Below are positions 1 through 9,647 of a stretch of DNA of 64,000 bases, piece after piece. The notes below the pieces were generated by a model. The model searched no databases. It worked only from the letters and a program-made list of their open reading frames with translations, and was not told where the DNA came from. Source of the stretch: an uncultured Rhodobacterales bacterium (lineage in GTDB: Bacteria > Pseudomonadota > Alphaproteobacteria > Rhodobacterales > Rhodobacteraceae); the NCBI GenBank assembly GCA_963976475.1, contig CAXBKX010000016.1, forward strand, positions 2,263 to 66,262, in the 5' to 3' direction. Every line of letters begins with the position of its first letter. Position 1 is the stretch's first letter. The position numbers were made by a program, and so were the translations under genes.

Positions 1-1271
1 TGTCGCGCTACGGCGACTTTGCGCAGAACAAGCGGTTCATCAAGGAAACCACAGGCCAATTCTATTCGCGCCGCTTCATTATGACCTATCCGAATGAGCA
101 ACTGCCTGCGGGCCGACCGTTGAAGATGGCCCCTGCCTATAGTGACATGACGGCGGCGGGTTGTCGTTGGGGGGTAAGTTACGGGTTAGAAGTGCCGCTC
201 TATTTCGCGCCTGAAGGGTTCGCTGAAAAACCGTCGCTGAAACGCTCGAACGCCTTTGATATCGTGGCCGAGGAATGCCGTGCAGTGCGCGAGGATGTCG
301 GGCTTTTGGATATCTCTGGCTTCTCTCGGTTTGAGGTCACGGGAGACGGTGCCGAAGCTTGGTTGAACCATGTGATGGCGTCCAAGTTACCTGCCGCAGG
401 CCGTGCCCGTCTCGCGCCGATGTTGTCGGGCGAGGGCAAGATGAAAGGCGACCTCACCGTATTCAATTGGGGTGACGGGACGTGGTGGATCATGGGGTCA
501 TACTACCTGCGCGATTGGCACAAGCGCTGGTTCGCGGATCACATGTTGGAGGGTGTCGAGGTTCGCGATGTCTCGGATGCGATGGTCGGCTTTTCCCTCT
601 CTGGGCCAAACAGCACCAAGGTTTTTGAACGTGTGACCGACGGCCCAGTTGATCTGCCATTCATGGGCTGTGCGACGATGGATGTCGGGCTGATCCGCGC
701 CAAGGTCGGGCGCTTGTCTGTGACGGGCGAGCTTGGCTATGAAATCCACTGCTCTGCTGCCGAACACATCGGGCTGCGTCATTTGCTACTGAAAGCTGGC
801 GCCGATTTGGGGATCAAAGAGGTCGGCTTCAACGCGCTTTTGTCCCTGCGATTGGAAAAAAGCTTTGGGATTTGGAACGCGGAATTCACCCAAGGTTATA
901 CTGCTGCCGAGACAGGGATGGACCGCTGGATCGACTGGACGAAAGACAGTTTTGTCGGGCGCGAGGCAGCATTTGCAGAGCGTGATGGTAACGGCCCAGT
1001 GCGACGTGTCGTGACCTTGGAGGTTGCCGCCGATGGCGCGGATGCCAGCGGTTACGAGCCTGTTTGGTCGGGCGGCAAGATGGTCGGATTTGTGACCTCG
1101 GGCGGCTATGGCCATACGCTGGGCAAGTCCTATGCCATGGCGATGGTGAATGCGGAACAGGCGACAGAGGGCACGGAATTGACGGTGCATATCGTCGGCG
1201 TAGAGCGTGCCGCAAAGGTTATTGCGCCGTCGCCCTACGATCCTGCTGGCAAAGCGATGAGAGCGAAATGA
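1..1271 (+). CDS. GcvT-family FAD-dependent oxidoreductase / aminomethyltransferase (dimethylglycine or sarcosine dehydrogenase-like), 5' truncated by window edge
   Basis: Frame is open from position 3 (SRYGDF...) into the tracked ORF; motifs LLDISGFSRFEV, SVTGELGYEIH, LRLEKSF, VTSGGYGHTLGKS, PYDP are typical of the GcvT C-terminal half. Confidence 0.9.
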   Translation, partial: SRYGDFAQNKRFIKETTGQFYSRRFIMTYPNEQLPAGRPLKMAPAYSDMTAAGCRWGVSYGLEVPLYFAPEGFAEKPSLKRSNAFDIVAEECRAVREDVGLLDISGFSRFEVTGDGAEAWLNHVMASKLPAAGRARLAPMLSGEGKMKGDLTVFNWGDGTWWIMGSYYLRDWHKRWFADHMLEGVEVRDVSDAMVGFSLSGPNSTKVFERVTDGPVDLPFMGCATMDVGLIRAKVGRLSVTGELGYEIHCSAAEHIGLRHLLLKAGADLGIKEVGFNALLSLRLEKSFGIWNAEFTQGYTAAETGMDRWIDWTKDSFVGREAAFAERDGNGPVRRVVTLEVAADGADASGYEPVWSGGKMVGFVTSGGYGHTLGKSYAMAMVNAEQATEGTELTVHIVGVERAAKVIAPSPYDPAGKAMRAK

Positions 1272-2773
1272 CCCGCCGTGGTCGCGACAAAGCACCCGTC
1301 GTTCGCGATGTAAACTATCGCCAATTGCGCAACCCGTTTCCGCCAATGGAGGTCTTCTCTGCCGACGAGATTGCATCCATGCACGAGACAGCATTGCGCT
1401 CTTTGGAAGAACTGGGGATGAAGGTTTTGCTACCTGAAGCTCGTGCAATTTACGCTAAAGGCGGTGCGCGTGTTGATGGCGAGATGGTGTATATAGGACG
1501 CGATATGGTGGAGGCAGCTTTGGCTTCAGCACCGAAATCCTTTGTTTGCAGGGCGGGTGCGCCGCATCGGGATATCCTGATGGAGCTTGGCACGCTCACC
1601 TTTCAACCCGGTGCAGGTGCACCCCATGCGACGGATTTGAAACGAGGTCGCCGGCCTGGCTCTGCGCGAGATTTCAACGAGTTGGTGCGACTGACACAAC
1701 ATTTCGACGTGTTTCACATGGTCGCCCCATTGATTGAGCCGCAAGATGTGCCGACTCATCTGCGCCACTACTTCACAACGGAAACGCAACTGACCCACTC
1801 GGATAAATTCCCCTTCATCTTTTCGCGCGGCACGCCGCAGGTGATGGAAAGCTTTGAGATGCTCTCGAACTTTCGCGGGGTTTCGGCGGATGATTTTGGG
1901 GCCACGCCACACGCCTACACGATCATCAATACCAACAGTCCGCGCACGCTCGACACCCCAATGGCACAGGGACTGATCGACTTTGCCAAACACGGTCAGT
2001 TATCGATCATCACGCCGTTTACCCTTATGGGCGCAATGGCTCCGATTACGGTGGCGGGCGCGATCACGCTGAGCCACCTAGAGGTCCTCGCGGCCCTCAC
2101 CCTGACGCAACTTGTGAAACCCGGCGCGCCCGTTTGCTACGGCACCTTCACCAGTAACGTTGATATGAAATCAGGCGCACCTGCCTTTGGCACGCCCGCG
2201 CATTTTCAGGCCTCATTGGCTGCGGGGCAAATGGCGCGGTTAACGGGCCTGCCTTGGCGCTCTGCTGCGGGGTCCGCCGCCAACATGAACGATGTGCAGG
2301 CAGCAAATGAGAACCAGTTGGGGCTATGGGGCTGCCTCATGGCGGGGGCTTCGGTGATCATCCATTCGGCGGGCTGGCTTGAAGGCGGGCTAAGCGTTTC
2401 TTATGAAAAACTGATCACTGACGTCGAGGTCCTCAATATGATCGCAGAGATTTGCGGCGGGGCAAAAGCCGGTCCTGACGAAATCGGGTTTGACGCCCTG
2501 CAAGAGGTCGCCCCTAGCGGTCATTTCTTTGCGACCACTCAAACAATGGCGCGGTATAACACTGAATTTTACGAACCAGTCGTGCACGAATACGCGAATT
2601 TCGGCACTTGGACAGAACGCGGCGCGCGGGGGGCAAATGAGCGTGCAACAGATGTCTGGCAGCGTATTCTGGCAGAGGGGAAAGGCCCCAATGTTGACGG
2701 TGAAAAGCGCACGGAGTTGCAGGCCTTTATCGCCAAACGCACGGCGGCAGGCGGCGCGCCGCCGGAGAGTTAG
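1268..2773 (+). CDS. Trimethylamine methyltransferase (MttB) family protein, non-pyrrolysine type
   Basis: ATGA overlap with upstream stop; motifs NTNSPRTLD, GTFTSNVDMKSGAPAFG, HSAGWLEGGL; no internal amber codon. Confidence 0.9.
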   Translation: MTRRGRDKAPVVRDVNYRQLRNPFPPMEVFSADEIASMHETALRSLEELGMKVLLPEARAIYAKGGARVDGEMVYIGRDMVEAALASAPKSFVCRAGAPHRDILMELGTLTFQPGAGAPHATDLKRGRRPGSARDFNELVRLTQHFDVFHMVAPLIEPQDVPTHLRHYFTTETQLTHSDKFPFIFSRGTPQVMESFEMLSNFRGVSADDFGATPHAYTIINTNSPRTLDTPMAQGLIDFAKHGQLSIITPFTLMGAMAPITVAGAITLSHLEVLAALTLTQLVKPGAPVCYGTFTSNVDMKSGAPAFGTPAHFQASLAAGQMARLTGLPWRSAAGSAANMNDVQAANENQLGLWGCLMAGASVIIHSAGWLEGGLSVSYEKLITDVEVLNMIAEICGGAKAGPDEIGFDALQEVAPSGHFFATTQTMARYNTEFYEPVVHEYANFGTWTERGARGANERATDVWQRILAEGKGPNVDGEKRTELQAFIAKRTAAGGAPPES

Positions 2774-3406
2774 ATGGCAAACGGACACATCAAAGTCACT
2801 CGCGAAGATTGGATCAATGCAGCGCAATCCGCGTTGGTTCGTGACGGCGTAGATACTGTCAAAGTGCTTGCGCTCGCGTCAAAGTTGGAAGTCTCAAGGT
2901 CCAGTTTCTATTGGTATTTCAAAAGTCGTGATGATTTGTTGTTGGCACTATTAGACCAATGGGAAGAGCGGAACACGCAGTCGATAATCCGCCAATGTGC
3001 GCTTGAGGCGGGATGCATTGATGAGGCGGCATGTAACTTCTTTCGGTGCTTCATCGACCCCGCTTTGTTTGATCGCGGCCTCGATTTCGCAGTTCGTGCG
3101 TGGGCACGGCAAAACGCGGACGTGCGTCCGCGCATTGATGCAGCGGATCAGACACGATTGCAGGCATTGGAGGCGATGTTTGCGCGGCATGGCTGTGACG
3201 CGACAGAGGCTGATTGGCGTGCACGGATGATCTATTTCATGCAGCTCGGGTATCACGCGCTAGAGGTGCAAGAAACGATGGAGGTCCGCATGGGGCGCCT
3301 TCCGGGGTATCTGGAGGGGTTCACAGGGCGGGTTCCTTCGCAGGACGTGATTGCAATCTTTACTGAGTTTGCGAAACGGCATCTTACTTATAATGAGCCT
3401 GAGTGA
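2774..3406 (+). CDS. TetR/AcrR family transcriptional regulator
   Basis: N-terminal HTH GVDTVKVLALASKLEVSRSSFYWYFKSRDDLL. Confidence 0.9.
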   Translation: MANGHIKVTREDWINAAQSALVRDGVDTVKVLALASKLEVSRSSFYWYFKSRDDLLLALLDQWEERNTQSIIRQCALEAGCIDEAACNFFRCFIDPALFDRGLDFAVRAWARQNADVRPRIDAADQTRLQALEAMFARHGCDATEADWRARMIYFMQLGYHALEVQETMEVRMGRLPGYLEGFTGRVPSQDVIAIFTEFAKRHLTYNEPE

Positions 3407-3679
3407 ATTGCCCTCGAGCAGTATCTCAAGGTTTCCTGACTTAGACCCAGTTATTCAATCATAAAACTATCACCACTGACCGCTGCAAAAAAATGGGGCA
3501 AGAACGCCAAGGAGGTGACGCGACAGCAACCTGCAAGTGCAGCCGTGGCCACTGACAGGTTGTTCGCGGCGTCAAACTTGCTTTGAGCCAGCCTGCGTAA
3601 AACATGTTTACTTTGACTTCTGCGCTACATGCTACTTTGTATTTTAAATCGACTTTTGAATGCACCAAGGAAGTATCGC

Positions 3680-4600
3680 TTGAGAAAATACGCCATTCCA
3701 GCTCTGTCGCTCCTTCACACTTTCGAGGCTGTGGCCAGAAGGCAGAGCTTTACGGCCGCAGCGGACGAATTGTGCATCACCCAAAGTGCTGTCAGTCGTC
3801 AGATCAAGGCGCTGGAGTTTGATTTGGGCAGGACGCTGTTTGTCCGAAAGCATCGCAGAATCGAGCTTTTGCCAGAGGGGCAACTCTTGTTCCAAGCGGT
3901 CACGCGCGGGTTGGATGAGATTGCAGGCTGCATCAATGCGCTGCGCGTCGCGTCAGGGGCGCCACAAATCACGGTCGGTGCCTCGGTGGCTTTCGCTTAT
4001 TTCTGGCTCATGCCGCGGCTCGCGCGGTTTAGTGGGCGGCATCCCGACATCGATCTTCGCGTGCTCGCTGCCGACCAAATGTTTGACCTTCGCCAAGGTG
4101 ACGTTGATGTGGCGGTGCTTTACGGCGACGGGAACTGGACAGGGGTCGCCGCGCATAAGCTGTTTGGAGAGCGCGTCTATCCCATTTGTAGTGCTGGATA
4201 TCTCCAGCAACACCCTGAATTGCGCCGCGCCTCTGATCTGCTTGATCAAACGCTTCTGCATCTTGATGGCGGAGGTAACATTTGGGGGGCTGTGGACTGG
4301 CAAATTCTGTTGGCCCATCAAGGCGTCAGCGGGCAACCCGTGCGCCGCGGCATTCGTTTGAACAGCTATCCGATGGTGTTGCAAGGGGCCGAGGCGGGGC
4401 ATGGGGTGGCACTGGGTTGGAGTTATATCACCGATCCGATGGTGGCGGACGGGCGTCTGGTTTGTCCAGTGGATGCACCGTTTGAGACTAAGAACAGTTA
4501 TTACATAGGGTCATCACAGACCCGCGAGAATGACCCTGAAATTGCAAAGTTCCTCCAGTGGATAAAGGATGAAGTTGCGGCTGAACCCATATTCGCATGA
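3680..4600 (+). CDS. LysR family transcriptional regulator (GcvA-like)
   Basis: FEAVARRQSFTAAADELCITQSAVSRQIKALE HTH plus substrate-binding domain; TTG start at 3680 chosen from upstream AAGGA. Confidence 0.9.
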   Translation: MRKYAIPALSLLHTFEAVARRQSFTAAADELCITQSAVSRQIKALEFDLGRTLFVRKHRRIELLPEGQLLFQAVTRGLDEIAGCINALRVASGAPQITVGASVAFAYFWLMPRLARFSGRHPDIDLRVLAADQMFDLRQGDVDVAVLYGDGNWTGVAAHKLFGERVYPICSAGYLQQHPELRRASDLLDQTLLHLDGGGNIWGAVDWQILLAHQGVSGQPVRRGIRLNSYPMVLQGAEAGHGVALGWSYITDPMVADGRLVCPVDAPFETKNSYYIGSSQTRENDPEIAKFLQWIKDEVAAEPIFA

Positions 4601-4619
4601 TCTGGGGGAATGCCATCCA

Positions 4620-4638
4620 TTCAAAATAATCGTTTGAA
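4620..4638. promoter_or_regulatory. Perfect inverted repeat TTCAAA-N7-TTTGAA, candidate operator upstream of the second MttB gene
   Basis: ttcaaa-ataatcg-tttgaa in the 90-nt gap between the LysR stop and the MttB start. Confidence 0.4.
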
Positions 4639-4690
4639 CGAGCCGCGTAATTGCTGCCAGATGACCCCAGTTTATCAACGAGGGTCCAAC

Positions 4691-6244
4691 ATGACGGTTA
4701 TCGCAGCGCGCCCCCCAAATCGCCGTGGCCGCAACAAGGCCAATGAGGCCCCGTTGGCGCGCCCAATTGAGCCTGGCATGACGGGAGGGCACTATCATCC
4801 GCTCACCCAAATCGAGATGGAGCGCATTCATGCGCTGGTGTTGCAACTGCTCGAAGATCTCGGACTTTCTCAAGTCACCCCCACACTTCAAGCCCGCGCG
4901 GTCGAGGCAGGATGTTGGGTGGACTCCGATGGCAGGCTGCGATTTCCCCGCGCTTTGGTTGAAGACATGATTGCCAAGACGCGGCGCAAATTCACCCTAC
5001 ATGGCATCGACCCTGCGCATGATATGGAAATCGGCGGGCGACGCGTTCACACGGGAACAGGCGGTGCCGCGCCAACAATCATGGACTTTGAGACGGGCAA
5101 ATACCGTGAAAGCACCGTTGCTGACCTTTACGACATCGCCCGACTTGTAGACCGGATGGACAATATCCACTGGTATCACCGCTCGGTTGTCGCGCGTGAT
5201 ACGACATCGATCCTCGATCTCGATATTAACACCACTTACGCCTGCCTCTCGGGCACATCCAAATCCATTGCCGTGAGTTATACGGATGCTGCAAGCGTGC
5301 GCGCGGTGATGCCGATGCTGGATGCTGTCGCAGGCGGAGAAGGAAAGTTTCGAGAACGCCCCTTTTGCACTGCTGTCTGCTGCCATGTTGTGCCGCCAAT
5401 GCGCTTTGCCACCGAGAGCTGCGATGCACTTGAGGCCGCAGTTCTTGCGGGGATGCCGATTTTGCTGGTGGCCGCAGGGCAAGCAGGCGCAACAGCGCCC
5501 GCCGCCCTTGCAGGAGCAGTCGCGCAGGCCTGTGCCGAGGTGCTGGCCGGGCTGATCCTATGCAATATCATCGACCCGCATTGCCGCGGTATCTTTGCCA
5601 CGTGGCCCTTTGTGAGCGACTTGCGCACGGGGGCCATGTCGGGCGGATCAGGTGAACAGGCCCTCTTGTCCGCCGCCTGCGCGCAGATGGCCGGTTTCTA
5701 CGACCTGCCAAATTCGGTGCCTGCGGGCATGACGGACAGCAAGCTGCCAGATTTTCAGGCAGGCGGTGAAAAGGGTTACACGGTCTCGTTGGCCGCACAT
5801 GCTGGTGCCTCAATGATCCATGAATGCGCTGGCATGCAAGGCTCGCTCATGGGCACATCTTTTGAAAGCTATGTGTTGGACAATGATCTACTGGGCGCGA
5901 TCCTGCGCACGGTGCGCGGCGTGGACGTTAGCGAAGACGCGCTGAGCTTTGAGACGATCCGCGATGTGGTGATGGGTGAGGGCCATTTTCTGGGCCACCC
6001 TCAGACCTTTAGCCGTATGAAGACAGATTATCTCTATCCCAACATCGCCAATCGCCGCAGCATCAGCGAATGGCAGGATGCAGGGGCGCGAGACGCACGT
6101 GACATAGCCCGCGACGTGGTGCGCAACATTTTGACCGACCACTACCCAACCCACATCCCCGAGGAAGTTGACAATCAACTACGGGAAAACTTCAATATCA
6201 TCTTACCGCGCAATCGGATGATTGCTGGCAACGGTGCTTGGTAG
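4691..6244 (+). CDS. Trimethylamine methyltransferase (MttB) family protein, non-pyrrolysine type (second, divergent paralog)
   Basis: Motifs FVSDLRTGAMSGGSGEQALL, GMTDSKLPDFQAGGEKG, VMGEGHFLGHPQT; no internal amber codon. Confidence 0.9.
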   Translation: MTVIAARPPNRRGRNKANEAPLARPIEPGMTGGHYHPLTQIEMERIHALVLQLLEDLGLSQVTPTLQARAVEAGCWVDSDGRLRFPRALVEDMIAKTRRKFTLHGIDPAHDMEIGGRRVHTGTGGAAPTIMDFETGKYRESTVADLYDIARLVDRMDNIHWYHRSVVARDTTSILDLDINTTYACLSGTSKSIAVSYTDAASVRAVMPMLDAVAGGEGKFRERPFCTAVCCHVVPPMRFATESCDALEAAVLAGMPILLVAAGQAGATAPAALAGAVAQACAEVLAGLILCNIIDPHCRGIFATWPFVSDLRTGAMSGGSGEQALLSAACAQMAGFYDLPNSVPAGMTDSKLPDFQAGGEKGYTVSLAAHAGASMIHECAGMQGSLMGTSFESYVLDNDLLGAILRTVRGVDVSEDALSFETIRDVVMGEGHFLGHPQTFSRMKTDYLYPNIANRRSISEWQDAGARDARDIARDVVRNILTDHYPTHIPEEVDNQLRENFNIILPRNRMIAGNGAW

Positions 6245-6267
6245 CCACAATCAAAAAGGAAAAAAAG

Positions 6268-8679
6268 ATGCAGTCTCATGCAAAAGTGGTGATCGTCGGC
6301 GGTGGTATGATGGGCGTTGGTCTGGCCTATCATCTGGCTGAAGAAGGTTGGAAAGACGTTGTTCTTATCGAGAAAGGTGAGTTGACCAGCGGCTCAACTT
6401 GGCACGCGGCGGGCCAGTGTCCAAGCTTTATCAGCAACTACAACATGGCCAAAATCCACCACTACTCCAATACGTTCTATCCGCGACTGGAAGAGATCAC
6501 CGGCCAGCCCGCAGGGTGGCATGGCTGCGGCGGCATCCGTTTGGCCACCACGCAAGAGGAAGTGGATTGGTTCAAACATGTCGCAGGATACTCGGAAAAT
6601 GTTGGCTTTCATATGGAAGTGATCGGACCTGCTCGCATCAAAGAGTTGAACCCTTGGCTTGAAACCGATGGCATTCTGGCGGGCGCTTACACCAATATGG
6701 ATGGCCATGTGGATCCGTCTAGCGCCTGCAATGCCATGGCCGCAGGGGCGCGTCAGTTGGGCGCGACAATCATCCGCCGCACCCGTGTGACGGACATCAA
6801 GGTTTTGCCGTCGGGCGAATTTGAGGTTGTGACTGATGCAGGTAACATCACTTGCGAGCATGTGGTGAATGCTGCGGGTTGCTATGCGCGCGAAGTCGGC
6901 AAATGGGTCGGCGTTGACACGCCCATCACCAATATGGAACACCAATATCTGGTGACGGAACCTCTGGAAGAATTCAAAGGGGCGGACTTTGAATTGCCCG
7001 TGATGCGTGATCCGGCGACAGCGGGATATTATCGCCAAGAACAAAACGCAGGGCTCGTCGGGATTTACGAACACTTTGGCAGCCGTGAGGCTTGGGCTGG
7101 GCGTGGCGGCTTCCCCGCATGGGACAGCGAGAACGAGCTGTTTGAAGGCGACCTCGACCGGATCGTGCCGTGGTTAGAGAAGGCGCTGGAGCGGATGCCG
7201 ATCTTTGCCAATGCGGGGATCAAACGGATCATTAACGGTGCCATTCCACACACACCCGACGGCAACCCACTGGTCGGTCCTGCCCCTGGTCTGCGCAATT
7301 TCTGGCAGTGTTGCGGGGCGGCCATCGGCATCGCGCAGGGGGCTGGCACAGGTAAATATCTGGCGCAATGGATGGTTCATGGAGATAGCGATATCAACAT
7401 GCACAGCCTCGACCCGCGTCGCTTCGGCGCTTATGCGGACCCCGATTATACCCGCGCGAAAAGCTTCGATGACTATGAAAACATGTTTGAGACCCCGCTT
7501 CCCGGTCGGGAAATTCAAGCAGGTCGTCCAAGCCGCGTGACACCATTATTTGAACACCTCAAAGCCAAGGGCGCGGTTTTTACCGAGGTCTATGGCTGGG
7601 AGCGGGCCAAGTATTTCGCGCCTAAGGGTTTCGAGGAGAAGCTGCAATATCGCCGCAACAATGTCTTTGAGATCATCGCCGAAGAATGCCGCGCCGTGCG
7701 TGAACGCGTGGGTATCATGGACCTGTCGAGCTTTGCCAAATTTGACGTCTCGGGTGCAGGTGCAGAAGCACTTTTGGACCGTCTGACCGCCAACAAGCTG
7801 CCCAAGAAAACGGGCGGCATTCATCTAACGCACGTGCTGTCAAATGGTGGCCGCATTGAAGGTGAGTGGACAATCACGCGGTTGGCGGATGATCGCTACT
7901 ATGTTCTGTCTGGTGCTGGAACGGAACGTATGGCGCTGGATCAACTGACGATGGCAGCGGGCAAAGATGTGACTGTTACCAATGTCACTGACTACTATGG
8001 CATGTTGGTCGTCGCTGGGCCAAATTCCCGCGATGTCCTTGCCCAACTGACCGACGCCGACCTTACGAATACAAGTTTCCGCTGGCTCTCGGGTCAAGAA
8101 ATTACAATTGTTGGTGTGCCTGTGCGCGCCCTGCGGGTGAACTATGTCGGCGAACTCGGCTGGGAACTGCACGCGCCGATGGCTGATCTGGCCAAACTCT
8201 ACGATGCAATCTGGGCCTCTGGGCAGAACCACGGCATCGCCGACTTTGGAGTGCAGGCCGTGAACAGCCTGCGGATGGAAAAGGCCTATCGTGGGTATGC
8301 CGCCGAACTGACAAACGAAATCACCCTGATCGAGGCCGATTGCACCCGCTTTTACGCACCTGACAAAGGCGATTTCAACGGGCGCGCTGCAACTGAGTGC
8401 GTGCGCCAGCAAGGGATCACCACCAAGCTTGTTTATGGCGAAGTGGCAGCCACCGATTGCGACATCTACGGCGGCGAAGCTGTTATGCAAGGGGACCGTG
8501 TCGTTGGCGTCTGCACCTCTGGCGGCTTCGGTCATGCCACGGGGAGAAGTCTGGCATTCGCCTATGTCGATCCCGCGAAATCCGACGGGCTTGAGGTCGT
8601 CATACTTGGCGAACGACGGGCGCTGACTTTGCTGGACGAACCAGCTTGGGATCCGGCTAATGCCCGTCAAAAAGCCTGA
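6268..8679 (+). CDS. GcvT-family FAD-dependent oxidoreductase (dimethylglycine dehydrogenase-like)
   Basis: GGGMMG FAD-binding motif, LTSGSTWHAAG, YVGELGWELH, SLRMEKAY, TSGGFGH; start after AAGGA. Confidence 0.92.
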   Translation: MQSHAKVVIVGGGMMGVGLAYHLAEEGWKDVVLIEKGELTSGSTWHAAGQCPSFISNYNMAKIHHYSNTFYPRLEEITGQPAGWHGCGGIRLATTQEEVDWFKHVAGYSENVGFHMEVIGPARIKELNPWLETDGILAGAYTNMDGHVDPSSACNAMAAGARQLGATIIRRTRVTDIKVLPSGEFEVVTDAGNITCEHVVNAAGCYAREVGKWVGVDTPITNMEHQYLVTEPLEEFKGADFELPVMRDPATAGYYRQEQNAGLVGIYEHFGSREAWAGRGGFPAWDSENELFEGDLDRIVPWLEKALERMPIFANAGIKRIINGAIPHTPDGNPLVGPAPGLRNFWQCCGAAIGIAQGAGTGKYLAQWMVHGDSDINMHSLDPRRFGAYADPDYTRAKSFDDYENMFETPLPGREIQAGRPSRVTPLFEHLKAKGAVFTEVYGWERAKYFAPKGFEEKLQYRRNNVFEIIAEECRAVRERVGIMDLSSFAKFDVSGAGAEALLDRLTANKLPKKTGGIHLTHVLSNGGRIEGEWTITRLADDRYYVLSGAGTERMALDQLTMAAGKDVTVTNVTDYYGMLVVAGPNSRDVLAQLTDADLTNTSFRWLSGQEITIVGVPVRALRVNYVGELGWELHAPMADLAKLYDAIWASGQNHGIADFGVQAVNSLRMEKAYRGYAAELTNEITLIEADCTRFYAPDKGDFNGRAATECVRQQGITTKLVYGEVAATDCDIYGGEAVMQGDRVVGVCTSGGFGHATGRSLAFAYVDPAKSDGLEVVILGERRALTLLDEPAWDPANARQKA

Positions 8680-8882
8680 AACCTTATCGTGACGCGAAAC
8701 ATGCCACTGAGCCAACCGATTTAGTCCTGTCGGAGATTCTTGACGGGTTAAAGGCGGTAGAAATCGACGAAGTTGGTTCAACCTCCCATGTATCGAGAAT
8801 TGCCGTCGCAATAAGGGCACTGCGGCCATCTGGGCACCTGCAGCGAATGCACTCTTTGTCCGCACACCGCCCCCCTCTCACG

Positions 8883-9647
8883 CTACGTAAACTGCTCGCT
8901 AATCAGCCGTTCTTCCAAACCATGGCCCGGATCGAACAAAATCCGGTGCCGCACGGCAGGGTCCGAGCGGATTTCAACGCGGACCACGTCGCGCACCGAT
9001 TTGCCGTCCGCATCGGCCATCACGGGGCGTTTTTCGGGATTGATCACATCAAACCGCACCACGGCGGATTTGGGCAATAGTGCGCCGCGCCACCTGCGCG
9101 GACGGAATGCGGCCATCGCGGTCAGGGCCAGAACATCCGATCCAATCGGCAAAATCGGACCATGCGCGGAATAGTTGTAGGCGGTCGACCCCGCAGGCGT
9201 GGCCACCAGCGCCCCGTCGCAGACCAGCTCGTCCATGCGCAATTTCCCGTCCACAGTGATGCGCAATTTGGCCGCTTGTGGACCTGCGCGGATCAAACTG
9301 ACCTCGTTGATGGCCAGCGCCTCGTGCACGGTGCCGTTGATACACAGGGCGGTCATGGCCAGCGGATTGATCACCTCTTCGACCGCCTCGTCCAACCGCT
9401 GCGCCAGATCGTCCTCGTGAAATTCGTTCATCAAAAAGCCCACGGTGCCACGGTTCATGCCGTAGACAGGCGCCGCTAATTTTTGCGTCGCGTGCAGCGT
9501 TTGCAGCATAAATCCGTCGCCGCCCAAGGCCACAATCACATCCGCGCTGTCCAGCGGCGCATTGCCGTGTTTGGCCGACAATTGTGCAAATGCGGCTTGC
9601 GCAATCGGCACAGGGCTGGCGGCAAAGGCGATTTTGGGGCGGGGCAT
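8883..9647 (-). CDS. nadK: NAD kinase
   Basis: [11 protein letters not shown] motif, [20 protein letters not shown]. Confidence 0.95.
   Translation of the reverse strand: MPRPKIAFAASPVPIAQAAFAQLSAKHGNAPLDSADVIVALGGDGFMLQTLHATQKLAAPVYGMNRGTVGFLMNEFHEDDLAQRLDEAVEEVINPLAMTALCINGTVHEALAINEVSLIRAGPQAAKLRITVDGKLRMDELVCDGALVATPAGSTAYNYSAHGPILPIGSDVLALTAMAAFRPRRWRGALLPKSAVVRFDVINPEKRPVMADADGKSVRDVVRVEIRSDPAVRHRILFDPGHGLEERLISEQFT

Noticed and set aside
1268-6244. Pyrrolysine recoding in the MttB genes
   Set aside because: Both reading frames are open with no internal TAG and no pyl genes are present
8800-8831. RWPQCPYCDG on the minus strand, reminiscent of an IS1595 transposase zinc ribbon
   Set aside because: The frame closes a few codons later, there is no further transposase similarity and no terminal repeats; likely chance
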